NCBI GenBank assembly: GCA_963514005.1
Contig: OY740784.1
Span: 86,056,001 to 86,120,000, forward strand
Source: Raja brachyura
Taxonomy: Eukaryota
Direction of reading: 5' to 3'
DNA: 64,000 bases
Shown: positions 38,951-52,824 of the stretch, one piece after another
Numbering within the stretch: position 1 is the first letter of the stretch
Layout: every line of letters starts with the position of its first letter
Notes under the pieces: model-generated
The model's database searches: none
What the model was told of the DNA's origin: nothing
What the model saw: only the letters and a program-made list of their open reading frames with translations
Translations under genes and position numbers: made by a program

Positions 38951-41900
38951 CACCCCATTGCTTGAAACATCTGGAAGCTTTGGAGAGGGTGCAGACGTCT
39001 CTGGTCAAATTGGTTACATTTGCTGCAAGCCTCCACTCGCATGCCACCTTGCCCCCAACTCATTGGCCGGTATTGTGGCAAACTTGCAGCACTGATCAGG
39101 ACTGTCCTCCAACACCCCCGCTGTTCCATCTTCCGCTGCATGGTTGATGGGAAGTTGTTCTTGAACCTGAAGGCGACGGTTCTCATACTCCTGCAGCTTC
39201 CTCACGATGTGCAGCATGGAGAGGGGAGCGTGGTCAGGATCTTTGAGGTTATGAACTGTTCTCCAGGCAGCGCTTTCTGCCCCGTTGTTGAAGGGAGGTT
39301 ACGCTGTTCGGATATATACAACTGTTAACACCTAGAGCAGAGGCACTTGGCAGGATGTGGAGCCACCACCTCTTCATCAGGAAACCCACACGGTCCTCCC
39401 ACCAACACCATGTGCCCGCAAACACAGGCAGAGAAGTCACTACCGTCCTGTCGTCGTTCTGCCCCCCCCCCCCCCCCCCCCCGAGACAATACATTCAAGA
39501 CTTTAGTTAAGGACACCAATTCCTTTTTTCCTGAGATGCTGTTTTACTGAGATGCTCTGAATTACTCCAGCTTTTTAAAAAAATTATCTCTGGTTTAAAC
39601 CAGCATTTGCAGCTCTTTCCTACACATTCACGACTTTCCCTGATGTGACACTGATGTTGAGTGATTAGAGAATCCTTGTTGTTTACTCTGGATTCACCAA
39701 GTCTCCGGGAGGATGGAGCTGGGGACAACGACAGATGCGATGGGCGAGGATAGGGAACCAGGGTCTGGCCTACCATGCCCTTGAGATCGGCTGTGGGAGG
39801 CTCCCCTGGGGAACTAGGGTGGACGGGCGAGGAGAGGACATCGGTTGCTGGCCGATCATGGAAGGTGATGGCTGGAGGCCCTCTAGCCCTGAATCAGGCA
39901 CCTCATACAACTGGAGTGTAGGCTGGACTTGGAAAATGCCGCCAACCATGGCACCTCTTGCATGCCAGCTCAGTGGACCATTTCTGTACTAATTGGCGGT
40001 GGTATGGCGAGACTCTACTGGGCTGTTTGCAAGTGAGGAATTTCACTGCGCATTTGCACTTCACACATGTGACAATAAAGCATCACTGAACCATTGTCTC
40101 AGTTCCGGGTTAAAGCAGCACGCCCCACCACCCTCATTCATTCTCAATCAACAGCGGATTATCTATTAATGGTGAACATTAGAGTGAATAGTGGTTGTGG
40201 TGGAGCACACCGTATCAGCCACCTTGAAACCCAACAGTAGGCTGGGCTAAATCCTCAAATATCTCAATCATTCTCCTTTCAAATTGTTTCCTAGACCAAG
40301 AACAAACCCAAACAACCCACAAAGCTCAACAGACTTGGGTTTGTAGAAGATTACATGTCTGACCATCATGGGCATTGACCCTCCCACAGAGTGCTGCTTC
40401 AAGAAGACAGCTCATAATCCAAGACCCCCACCACCCTGGCAACACCATCATCTCACTGCTACCATTGGGAAGGTGGTACAGCGGCCTGAGAAACATTAAC
40501 TTCAAGAACGTTGCCTGTCCTTCATGAGCCTTTTGTGGATTTGTACGGGTGTCACAGGTTATTGGGGGGGGGGGGAAGGCAGGAGAATGGGGTTAGGAGA
40601 GGTTAGAATCAGCCATGATTGAATGGTGAAGTAGACTTGATGGGCCAAATGGCCTAATTCTATTCCTATTTCTTATGACCTTATGATGCATCACGTTCAG
40701 ATTTGACCAAACTGAAGCTTATTAACCATGCCATGGCCCTAGTTCTACCTCAAGCCAGGTCCTGTTCACTCATCACCTGTCCCTGCAACCTGTGTTAACC
40801 CTCCACCTATACGCAGCTTTGAGTATTGAACTTCCACAATGAAGGAATTCCCCTATATCCATGTGTAGTATGTGGTAAAATTTTGCCTAATAAGCCTCAT
40901 GTGAAATGCCTTCATGCCATTACAGGCACTATATTTCTGTAGCTTTTAAGTCATTCATAACTCTGCTATGTATGCCTTAATTCACTATATAACGGGGGCT
41001 ATTTTCCAATATAATTCACATTCACCCAAAACCTCTGTGGTTGGAGACCTCTTTGGGATCCCTCCCGCTCAGCTTATTTCGAAATCTTTCCAATGGTCCA
41101 ACCTACCACCAATTTCTTCAACACCAGTCTCGTCCACCTCTATAATCCTGTAGTCTTGTTCCTCCTCCTATACATCTGACGGCAATCACCTCACTCCATT
41201 AGCTGTCAAGACCGTAAGCTCTGTATTTCTTCCCAAAGCTTCTGCTCGTCAGCCTCCCATGGCTCCAACTTTCGAGACTGTCTTGGACCAGGTTTTATCT
41301 GCTCTCCTAGTAACCCATGTGCCCTGGTATCAGTATTCCATGTGATGAAATACATATGGAAATTCCTTGAGATGTGCTTGCAACATCTTTGGCCTATACA
41401 AAGAGGTTAGTGCCACAGCGCTGTTGCATATAAAGAATTTCTACACTCAACAATCCTGCCTCCCGGGCAGTATTAACCAGCTCAGTCTCCCTCAACAAAG
41501 GAAAAAATCTGTTGCTGCAGCACTGAGGAAGTGCACACAATTTGCACAGGGTACCAAGCTCACGTGACAGAACCCATCTTGATTTTTGTGCTACTTATGA
41601 AAAGAAACCAACAATTTTGTAGTTAACAGCATTAATGTGGCACTGAAACTCATTGATCAAAGAAATCCTAGTTTCAATCCCTGGTGGGTGTACGATGTGG
41701 GTGGCAACGGGAAAACCACAAGACACATTGTGCTGGTCCAGCACTACCTGTTGCGTCAGGAGTAACTCCCCATCAGTTATTCGCTTGTCTCCGCTTACCA
41801 GTCATTTCCTTTATGTTGCGGAGGCAAATCTAGTAAGATATGTTCACTGCCTATATCTCAAAGAATAAACGCCTGAAATCTCACTCTAAGTGGTAGGTGG

Positions 41901-42539
41901 TGCATACCAAAGCTGCATTCAAAGCAAGAGGTTAAAATAAAAAGATACAATCAAGAAAAGTCTTTTGGATGTAAAAGGGAATGGATAACACTGGCTTGGC
42001 AGCAACTAACAAAGTTAAAGCACAAACAAGGAAGTGTTGAGTAGGCAGCCCTGCTGAAAGACCAGTTTTGTTTTGTCTGCATGTATTATTTTTCATGTTC
42101 AACCGATGTGGTTATGAACAATATTTTTATATATAGGCTTTAAAGATTGGTTAGGTGTAGATATGAAAAATCTATTTATTCCGATTTTGGGGATGTGGAA
42201 AATAACAGAAGTGTATCACATTACAAAGCTAGAGTAAATAAAAGAGAAATCAGAGCTGGGAATACAGTAGAGGCCTGTTACTTCTTGTCAATTCCTCAGG
42301 ATCCAGGATGATCTGCTTCAACTCCAGCTCTGAAGTGAGAACATTTAACATGGAGTCTAAAGAAGGGCCTCTACCCAAAACATCACTCAATTTCTTCTAT
42401 CCAGAGATGCTGGCTGCTCCATGGAGTTCCCCCGCACAATTAAAGCATGGGATAGTCTTCAGCCTACCATAGTTAACCAACCAGATGCAACTAAATTTAA
42501 GGTAGCTCTTTTTTCCCCCAAAAACCCTTTTTTGCTTAA

Positions 42540-42735
42540 GTCCAAGTCAAGAGAGTTTTATTGTCATGTGTCCCAGATAGGACAATGAAATTCGTGCTTG
42601 CTGCAGCACAACAGAATATGTAAACAAAATACAGAACAGGAGATAATAGTTCAGTGTATCTATATAACAGATGATATATATACACACAATAAATAAACAG
42701 ATAAATGCAATAGGCTGTTATTGTTCAGAGTTTGG
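42540..42735 (-). mobile_element. Rex1/Babar 3' tail
   Basis: Similar to 29320-29520. Confidence 0.7.
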
Positions 42736-45016
42736 AGATTGGTGGTGGACCCTTCAGAGAGTGACAGAGAGAGAGGCCTGCTCAGAGTTGAACGGCAGGT
42801 GTCCCGGGTGCTTGCCAAGCCAGGCAAAATGGCACGGCTTTTAAGTTGCCCGGCGGGTACTTTAGGCTGCCATTGGCACCCGGGCAACCCTAAATTTCAA
42901 TCCCTGCTTTAAACTTTGACCCTTTCATCTTACACACGCTCTAGTATTAAATGTTTCCATACGGGGAAAAATTATTTACCCGATGTATGCCTCTTGTTAT
43001 TTTACATACTCCTATTGCGTCCCTCCCTACAACATCCAGCGTTCCAGAGAAAACAATCTCTCCAACCTCCAATGTCCAACTTCTCCCTGTAGCCAATACC
43101 TGTTAATCCATGCATTGTTCTGGTAAATCTCCTCTGCAAAAGTCTCCACATCCTTTCTGTAATGGAGTGACCAGAACTGCACGCAATACTCCAAATTCTG
43201 GGGCTTACGGTAACTGAAGTCCAATGTGGCATCCACTGACTCGGACACGGGTGTGGTGGGCAGGTGGATTGTTGGGAACGTAGTACTCATTGTTCATAGC
43301 TTCCTGGACAGGGCATCTCACAAGTTGTAATAATAACATTATATTTGAAAACATCCTCAAGGCGGTTCCCCTGTCCTCCTGGAGTGTTTCCACATCCCTG
43401 CCATAATGAACACCTCAATTCATGCAGGGTGGGGTGCACCACAACGTGACTGTTCATGGGAGACATGACTCACAATTACCAGGACCTTGACACCCAGGAC
43501 AACAATTCCACTGAGAAGTTGCTTGGGTTAAGGTAAGCTAGTTGACTAATACACCACCTAGGGTGTGTCTATACTTACTTTACATGTGAATCAGCAGATG
43601 AAGGACAAGTGACAGGGGAATTCACCAGACCCAAGATCTACGGAGACAGAGAGACACAGACTTGCAAGCATTGGACCACAAAGGAGAGAAGCATGATTGA
43701 TATAAACTAAATTAAGCAGATCTCACAAACCAATTTCCCTCAATAAACCACCAGCAAGGATTCATTAGTGTTATTTACATCCGGAAACTAGTCAGGGATT
43801 ATGGGAAAAACACAGGAGAATGCGGTTAAAAGGGGAAAGATAGATCCGCCATGATTGAATGGAGTAGACTTGATGGGCCAAATGGCCTAATTCTGCTCCT
43901 ATCGCTTATGAACATGTTCACAGTCACAACATTGCATTGATCTCTCTGGCCCAAGTTAGAAGCGTTTCCGTACCTCAAATCCACAACAGAAAATTAAGAT
44001 ACATTTATGGTACGTGGTATTTCTAGTGGCTGGTCAGTCATACAACATAAATAGGCCTTTCAGCCCATCTCATCCATTTTGATCACGATGCTCCATCTAA
44101 GCTGGTCCCATTTTCCAGCATTTGATCCATATCCTTCCAAACCTTTCATGTCACCTAATAATCAATTTTTTGGTCTTTGTCTAACTATTTCATACGTCTA
44201 AACCAGCTATTTCATTAAAAAGGAATACAAATCATTCAAATGAGGTTATTCACCAGCAACCAGAACTGATCTAGAAATCTATAACGCCCTCCACAAGCTC
44301 CTAGATGACAACCGCTTCTAACACACAACATTCCAACACTCCATTATACTCACCCACACTAAATGACAACAATTATAAATGGAATGAGAAAATGCCATTC
44401 CACCCATCGCTGCTGCATTTTCTATGGTTAGACTGTAATCCAATCCTTCTACAAAACTGGCCCAGCCACACGGCTTCTAGGAGGGATATTCCTGCATAAA
44501 ACTTCCTGATCCGCAATTGATGTTCTCATCTATGTTAACGGCATCTACGTGATTTATATCGATTAGCATTAATTGCAACTAGGCTGTTTACTGCAGCTGG
44601 CGATTCCCTTCAACCCACACACATGGGACCAGCCTTTGGAAGAGAGGAGGACCTGGGGCTGGATGGAGCCTGAAAAGCAGTTGCACAAAGTGGACCTTGA
44701 ATAAAGGTCTTTAAGGGAACTAATGATTAGGCCCTTGTGTAGTACGTATCCTTCACCACCTGGCTGACGGAATTTAATTTTCCCCACAGGCATTTCACCT
44801 TTAGCACCCTCTCCTCCATAAAAGCAGAAACCCTCACGGTACAAGATGGTGTCAGTCCACATTTGGCCCCATGGTGAATACTAAATCCAGACATTTTGCC
44901 GACGTTTTAAAAAGCAGATTAGCATACTTTAGACTGCTAGAGAATTCCACTGTTTGCATCAGCCTTTAAAATGTCCCTCATCCAGAAGAACAAAACTGAA
45001 ATATAATCCAGAATAT

Positions 45017-45365
45017 ATAGAAACATAGAAACATAGAAAATAGGTGCAGGAGTAGGCCATTCGGCCCTTCGAGCCTGCACCGCCATTCAATGTGATCATG
45101 GCTGATCATCCAACTCAGTATCCCGCACCTGCCTTCTCTCCATACCCCCTGATCCCTTTAGCCACAAGTGCCACATCTAACGCCCTCTTAAATATAGCCA
45201 ATGAACTGGCCTCAACTACCTTCTGTGGCAGAGAATTCCAGAGACTCACCACTCTCTGTGTAAAGAATGTTTTCCTCATTTCGGTCCTAAAGGAATTCCC
45301 CCTTATCCTTAGACTGTGACCCCTTGTTCTGGACTCCCCCAACATCGGGAACAATCTTCCAGCAT
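45017..45365 (-). mobile_element. CR1 3' end, young subfamily
   Basis: Near-identical to 16625-16981; (tagaaaca)n tail. Confidence 0.9.
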
Positions 45366-45404
45366 AATCCAAACTAATCACAATGTATTTATTTACCAGT
45401 CCTC

Positions 45405-46270
45405 AAGTCAAGTTAAGTCACATTTATTTATATAGCACATTTAAAAAACTCTCGTTGGCCAAAGTGTTTTACATTGGTACAAGGATAGTATAACAAGCAA
45501 ACTACATACATGTAGCCCTCACTCAGAGGATGTCAAGAAAGGCTTGGGAGTACAGATGGGTTTTTAGTCTCGACTTAAAGGAGTCGATGGAGGGGGCAGT
45601 TCTGATTAGAAAAGGGATGCTGTTCCACAGTCTAGGAGCTGCAACCGCAAAGGCACGGTTGCCCCTGAGCTTATGCCTAGACCGCGGGACATTCAGCAAC
45701 CCGAAGTCGGCTGATGTGAGGGACCTGGAGGTGGTGTGGTGGGTGAGCAGACTTTTAATGTAGGTGGGGGCAAGCCCATTGAGGGCTTTGTAGACATGAA
45801 GAAGGATCTTGAAATTTATTCGGAACCGCACAGGGAGCCAGTGGAGACGGCCAGGATCAGGGTGATGTGGTCTCCTTTTCAGGTGCCCGTCAGGAGTCTC
45901 ACTGCGGCGTTTTGGACCAGTTGCAGGCGGGACAGGATAGATTGGTTGATGCCAGTGTAAAGGGAGTTGCAGTAATCTAGGTGGGAGGAGATAAATGTGT
46001 GGATGATCTTTTCGAGGTCATCAAATAGGAGGAATTTTTTATTTTAGCTATCGTCCAATGCTGAAAGAAACTAGCTTTTACTACAGCATTGACTTGTTTG
46101 TCAAATTTCAGTGCCGAGTCAAATATCACGCCAAGGTTTTTGACGCGAGGTTTGAGTAGTGGGGTAAGGCTTCCAAGGCTGCCTGCTATCATTTTGATTG
46201 AGTCCGAGGGGCCGAGAAGGATGACCTCAGACTTATTCTCGTTTAGTTGGAGGAGGTTCTGGGACATCCA
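45405..46270 (-). mobile_element. L2-clade LINE 3' portion
   Basis: ORFs 45977-46267 (MSQNLLQLNENKSEVILLG, VKNLGVIFDS) and 45523-45831 (FKILLHVYKALNGLAPTYI, RAFAVAAPRLWNS); (cttga)n tail at about 45405. Confidence 0.9.
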
Positions 46271-46746
46271 ACACTTTATATCCTCGAGGATATAAAGTTC
46301 TGCAGCTTTAAAAATAAATTCCTTCCTCTTTATATATTTTTTAGAAAATTCAAATCATTAAATAATTTTCCCGTCTGGAAAGAAGAATTTGAAGTGTGCA
46401 CTGAGAGTTATGGGAGGCCTGGATTTACTGAGCTAATGCACAAGCCACGTAATGGAGCCAAATTAACAATTACGACCAAAAAACACAGACATATCCACAA
46501 TCCACAGCTGTTAATTTTGCTCTTCCCTTGTGTGCTGTAGTCCTTGCGACATGGCCACCTCCCTCATGAGAACATTCTACATAAATATTTTTTTACATAT
46601 TAAAAAAAGATGTTGGCAATTCAATCCATGAATGATATTTAAGGAGGGAAGATCAGACTGTTTTACGCCTCTTCACATCACCACCCCTGTTTTTATGGAG
46701 AAGGTGCTAAAGTGCCATGTCCAAGCTGCCAAGTATTGGGCCAAAA

Positions 46747-46950
46747 TATGTAGGAAGGAACTGCAGATGCTAGTTTGTACCAAAGATAAACACAGAATGC
46801 TGGAGTAATTCAGCAGGTCAGGCAACTTCTCTGGCAAGAAGGAATAGGTGATGTTTTGGGTCGGAATCCTTCTTCAGACTCAAACTGAAACGTTACCTAT
46901 TCCTTCTCTGCCTGACCCGTTGGGTTACTCCAGCATTTTGTGTCTATCTT
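46747..46950. mobile_element. Palindromic Penelope-derived element
   Basis: 16-bp TSD aagtattggg(c/t)caaaa at 46731-46746 and 46951-46966. Confidence 0.8.
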
Positions 46951-48519
46951 AAGTATTGGGTCAAAACTGGCATCAAAGCCAAGGCAGATCATCAAGGAGT
47001 GATGGATAAAGGTGGCAGGAGGTCACCTGGATCATGTTCCAAGTGAGATATTGGAGCATGGTCAGGTACTGAATCTGGGACACTTGTGCCAAATAATGAC
47101 ACTCTTTATGCGTCTGAGGGCTATGTAATTCTTAAATGCAGAGCAGCCCCAGGCTACATCTGTAAGAGGCAGCTGAAAACACAAGGCTTGCCACAGGTTG
47201 ACATTCATATCATGGAACTAGTTGTAGGCTGCCTGACAGCATTTGTGCCGTTAAGAACTCTTGCCTGGCAAAGATAAGAAATGGAAAGGAGAGGTTTGGA
47301 GAGAAATGGGTCAAACACGGGTAAATGGGACCAGCGTAGGTGGGCAGCATGGATGGGTTGGGCTGAAGGGCCTGATTCTGTGCTGTACAACCCTACAATA
47401 AGATTACAGCCAGGAAAACAACAGCATTTTGTAACATTCCACATCCTGTGTGGTCTGCATAAATAAATGATTTGTCATAAATCCATTTTCTAAATATTAT
47501 ATAAGGTTTAAAAATCCCTCTGTGGCAAAATACTTGAATACTTCCTCTAAATGCATAGACCACTGATCCTCCCATAGAGAACAAGAATGATTACTATGTA
47601 GATAATAGTGTAATTAATTGCAGTCATGGGTTTACTGGGTATGCAGACTCCTTGCCTCAGAAACCAGTGAAGCAGCCAATGGAAAAGAGTTAAATAATGC
47701 GTCACAAGGAAATACGATCTTGGGTACACAATGGGAAGTATGAAAGGCAACAGAAAAGGACATTTAAGATAACAACTAAACACCACAAACACTTGTGGAC
47801 TGTTCAGATAAGGCGCAGGACACCAATAATGCAAATTGAAACAAAACATTTAAAACCCCCAGGAGCAAAATATTTAACCCAGTCCAATTTAAACATTTAC
47901 AGAGTGGAAAAAAAGGTATAATTACTGCTGGATGACAATCAGAAATCAAGCAGCTAATGTTTGCAAATCACCTCCCGCCATCCATTCAATCATTCTCGCT
48001 GTGTTTTCCCACAGTATAATAATAAGGTAGCTCTTGTCATGCACAACACACATTTTCCCCCTGCAGATTTCACGGCTGTAGCAAAATTCCCCACATGCTT
48101 TGCAAACCATAAGATGGATGGAAATCAGCCTTGGTGTCAAATTATATTACTGGGTTCCAGCAGATGACAGTGGAAAACATGTTCCTCCAATCTCAAACTC
48201 AACAAATCTTATTGTCAGGTTATATATTTCACCTCTGACTGCGATACGTTTATTATGAGAAGCAGTTGCACGGCATCGTTTCTTACAAAATAAAATAGAA
48301 AATGCGGCACTCAGCAGGTCAGGCAGCATCTATGCAGGGAGAAACAATGATCAATGGTAAATTGAACATAGAATGTTATTTAAATTTCAGCTTTCCACGG
48401 TACACACATCGCACTGTACCTAGCACCCTATTCTGCTGCCTCTTCCATGCAATCCTCTAACCACTGGAACACTGCTCCTAAACCACGTCACGCCATTTTG
48501 CACCATACTGATTTAAAGT

Positions 48520-48732
48520 ACAGAAAAAAGAAACTGCAGATGCTGGTTTACAAAGAAAAAAGACAAGTGCTGGAGTAACTCAATGGGTCAGGCCACATCT
48601 CTGGACATGGATTGGTGACATTTCGGGTCAGGACTTCTGAAGAAGAGTCCCGACCCGAAACGTCACCTATCCACGTTTTCCAGAAACGCCACCTGACCCG
48701 CTGAGTTACTCCAGCACTTTGTGTCTTTTTTT
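48520..48732. mobile_element. Palindromic Penelope-derived element with hammerhead core
   Basis: TSD atttaaagt (48511-48519 / 48733-48741); core ctgaagaagagtcccgacccgaaacgtc at 48637-48664. Confidence 0.75.
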
Positions 48733-50205
48733 ATTTAAAGTGTCCTTGTTCAGTAATAATTTTGGTTTTCCATCTAAACAGTTTTTTCATCAATTTCCCT
48801 CAGTTAAATATTAAAAATACAAAAGGCATCAAAGGGTAGGGGGGGAGAGAGGAAATATGTTGCAGAGATAATGATCGTACTGAATGATGGAGTGGGCCTA
48901 ATCGGCTCCTATTTTTCAGCGTTCTCCACCTATGAAATATTAGTCTTCTAACTTGCCTGTGCACGTTTCCACATTCAATGAGTCAAAGCAAGTTCTGGAG
49001 ACCCAGCAACCATCTGCACTACATCAAAGGTCATTCATGAACAGAGAACCCTCATGGTCTCAGAGTAAACCTGCTGCATGGGAAAAGCACAGGGGCTAGC
49101 ATTTTAAAGTGCCTGTAAGAATCTCAGGTACTCCAAGGTTCTCTGTTTTTTATATATGCACACACAGAAAATCTCTCACACACACCCAAAATCTCTCACA
49201 CACACCCGTACACTGTCAGAGGGGTATACAGACACACTAACACAAGACCATCAAGGATCCTTGCCAGAAAAAGACACAAAGACGTGGGTTTCAGGGGTTA
49301 TGGGGAGAAGGCAGGAGAGTGGGGTTAAGAGGGAGAGATTGATCAGCCATGATTGAATGGTGGAATAGACTTGACGGGCCGAATGGCCTAATTCTGCTCC
49401 TATCACTTATGATCTTATGAAAGTGCTGGAGTAACTCAGCAGGTCAAGCAGCATCTCTGGAGGACAGGGATAGGTGCTGTTTCGGGTTTCAGGATTTTTG
49501 CCACACAGATGGGAATTCCACAGGAACAAGATAAAGGCCAAAGCAATTATCAAGTGTTTAGTCCTGATAAAGCCAATGGAAATTGCCTCTGGGGGAGAAA
49601 AAGGTTTCACAGTTCAGGAATGTCCGGCAGGATAGATCCAGTAGCGTACATTCATGTGGCCTTGAGAAACGTGACACTGACACACCTGCAAAGAATGCAC
49701 AATGCATCATAAAGAACACTTTCTGCACAGCTTCTATTCCTCCTCCATCATCACCGATTCCACCCACCCCTAGCTCAGACATTTATGGTCAGACGTACAT
49801 GCTCCAAGATCATTACAAATCCTCAACTCTCCGTCAGTGCAATTCCCTGCTGGGATTGTGGATTGGTGGAATAATCCCACATCTGTCAGCATGAGCAAAT
49901 TTGAATCATCACACAGATTTTACCACATTTCAACAATATTAATTTATCAACTGCATGAACTAAGTCGTACACAAATAAAATATTATAAAACACAGTATAT
50001 GGTGTTAAAACCAAAACTGCTAATTTATTTGCAATCTCAATTCCTGATTTTTGTTTAATCTGCATTTCAGAGAGCACACTTGAATGTATTCCCCTCTGAC
50101 ACCTTACAGCCCTCAAACAATCCAACATGAATAGCTAAAAACAAGAAACTGCAGATGTTGGTTTAAAAAGGAAAGGCTCAAAATTGTGGAGTAGCTTAGC
50201 AGCAT

Positions 50206-50500
50206 GGGTAGAAATCCTGGGGGGGGGGGGGGGGGGGGAGGGAAACAGGGGGCCGTGCCCCCCTCATGTTTTGAGAGGTGGGGGACAATCCCCCCGTGTT
50301 TTGTAATCCAGATTTTGAAGTTCGGTGAAAAAAATCTATTAAAAATCTCCGCTTTCCGCAAGACATTGGGGGTGGGACTGATGATCGAGGGCACCGATTG
50401 GACGAGAAATATATTGGTCAGCAGGCGGGGGGGGGGGGGGGGGTAACCATGATGATTCAGCGCAATGATTGGAGGGGTGTTTTTATAACGATTTTCGCCC
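50206..50500. mobile_element. G-rich MITE-like insert (possibly Harbinger) inside a Penelope-derived hairpin
   Basis: Imperfect termini gggtagaaatc / gattttcgccc; splits the host sequence cttagcag...gttaggcagcatc. Confidence 0.45.
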
Positions 50501-51759
50501 CAGGTTAGGCAGCATCCCTGGGGAACAAGGATAGGTGACATTTTGGGTCAGGAAAAGAGTCACGACCCAAAATGTCACCTGTCCATTTTCTCCAGGGTTG
50601 CTGCCTGACCCGCTGAGTTACTCCAGCATTTCATGTCTTTCCTCAACAAAAAAGGCTTCCTGGATTTCAAACTAATCACAAAGTGCTGGAGGAACTCAGC
50701 AGGTCAGGCAGCATCTGGGGAAGGGATAGACAGGCAATGTTCCATTCCATCCACAGATGTTGCCTGACTTGCTGAGCTGCTCCCGCACTTTGTGTTTGCT
50801 CAAGTTGCCAGCATCTGCAATTGATGTATCTTCAAGTAATCCAAGAATGGTCTGAATAGGGAGAGAAAATGATTCCAGAGTGGGGAGAGAAGAGGAAGAT
50901 TCCAGATTAAGAATAGAGTACATTAAGGCTTAAAAAACAGAAATGCCCGAGAGGTCACACTAAGCTTTGCAGGACTTCTTAATATTCATTACCTCAGCCA
51001 TTGGTACTGCTGACTAATTTGGTTTTAAAATTGCCGATTATTAATTTAGCTTTCATGGTTGGGATTTTGAAGCAGGAGATTCGTGGGATTTTTAACTAGT
51101 GCATCTTGGTTACTAGTCCAGTAAATGGACAGTTAATGCACTAGTAATTAAGAGGCACGGATTAACCTCTGTATCACCACTGCCACACCAAGAGCATTAA
51201 AGAGACATAAATGGCCTACATAAAGAAGAATTAAGTTTAAGGTTCAGAGTTTTGAAAGTGAAGCATCAGTCAGCAAGGAGAGAGATGTTAGGGTAAAATA
51301 AAGATTGTGATGATTGGAGAACTGAAAGTCAAGCATTGGCTAAATAAGTTGAAAAGAAAATGCTTCAGTGGACTGGGGTCCAGAGGTGGGCTTTGATTTA
51401 TGTTGCCAGGTGGTTATGGAATCACTGGCACAGCTTATTATGGTCACTGATCTTGTCAGTTGTTGGTGGGACTGGTTCAGATGGTAATATACATCCACAG
51501 TTTGATTCAAGATGATCATGTCAATTTTTGCAATTGTCTAGTGAATGAAGTGCCTGGTATCGGGTGGCCAGCCCAAGGTTCTCCTCCAGCACCTCAAACT
51601 ACGGAGCATCCTGGACAATACAGCTCACCCCCTCCATGTCTACCTTCAGCAACAGGTTGGTTCCACCAAGATGCAGGACAGAACGCCACAGGAGATCCTT
51701 CTACACTGTGGCTATCAAACTGTACAACTCCTCCCCCTTCAGTTGTGGGGTAGACCGAG

Positions 51760-52460
51760 TCAGACTATTGAGTATAGAAGTTGGGAGGTCATGTTGAAAT
51801 AGTAAAAGATGTCGGTGAGGCCGCATTTAGAGTATTGTGTTTGGTTCTGGGCACCATGTTATAGAGAAGATGTTGTCAAGCTGGAAAGGGTACAGAGATG
51901 TACGAGGATGTTGCCAAGACTAGAGGGTCTGATCTATAAGGAGTGGTTGAGAAGGCTGGTCCTCTATTCCTTAGAGCATGGGAGGATGAGGAGTGATCTT
52001 ATAGAGGTGTATAAGATCATGAGAGGAATTGAGAGGTCACATTGCAGTTGTAGATGACATGGGTGAGGCATGTCCCGTTGCAGTTGTACAAGACAATGGT
52101 GAAGCCGCATTTAGAGTATTGTGATCAGTTCTGGGCACCTTGTTATAGGAAAGATGGTCTCAAGCTGGAAAGGGTACAGAGATTTACGGGGATGTTGAAG
52201 CGGAAAAGATTTAATAGGAATTTGAGGGGTAACTTTTTCACACAAAGGGTGGTGGATGCATGGATCAAGCTGCCAGAGGTAGTTGATGCAGGGACTATCC
52301 CAACATTTAAGAAATAATTAGACAGGTACATGGACAGAATAGGTTTGGAAGGATATGGACCAAATGTGGTCAGGTGGGACTAGTGTATCTGGGATATATT
52401 GGCCGTTGTGGGCAAGTTGGGCCGAAGGGCTTGTTTCCACATTTATTACTCTATGACTAT
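51760..52460 (+). mobile_element. CR1 3' fragments with an internal duplication
   Basis: PHLEYC..FWAPCYR encoded twice (ORFs 51809 and 52054). Confidence 0.8.
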
Positions 52461-52539
52461 GACCCTCGTACTTTCCTTAGATATGATGATGAACCACACT
52501 GGATTTAACACAGCCTTCTCAATACATTGTCAAGGACAG

Positions 52540-52815
52540 TACAGTGGCACAGCAGATCGAGCTGCTGTCATATAATGCCTGAGAACCTGGTTCATCCCTG
52601 TGGAGTTTGCACATTCTTCCTGCGATGTGCAGGTTTCTTCTGGGTGCTCTGGTTTCCTCCCATATTCGAAAAGCGTGCAGACTTGTAGGTTAATTGACCT
52701 CTAAGTTTCCCCTAGAGTGTAGGGAATGGATGAGGAAGTTGGATCATTTAGAACTAGTGTGGAGAAGTGATCAATGGTCGACATGGACTTCGTGGGTTGA
52801 AGGGTCTTTTCAACA
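52540..52815 (+). mobile_element. V-SINE
   Basis: tRNA-like head and V body. Confidence 0.65.
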
Positions 52816-52824
52816 GCGTATTTT

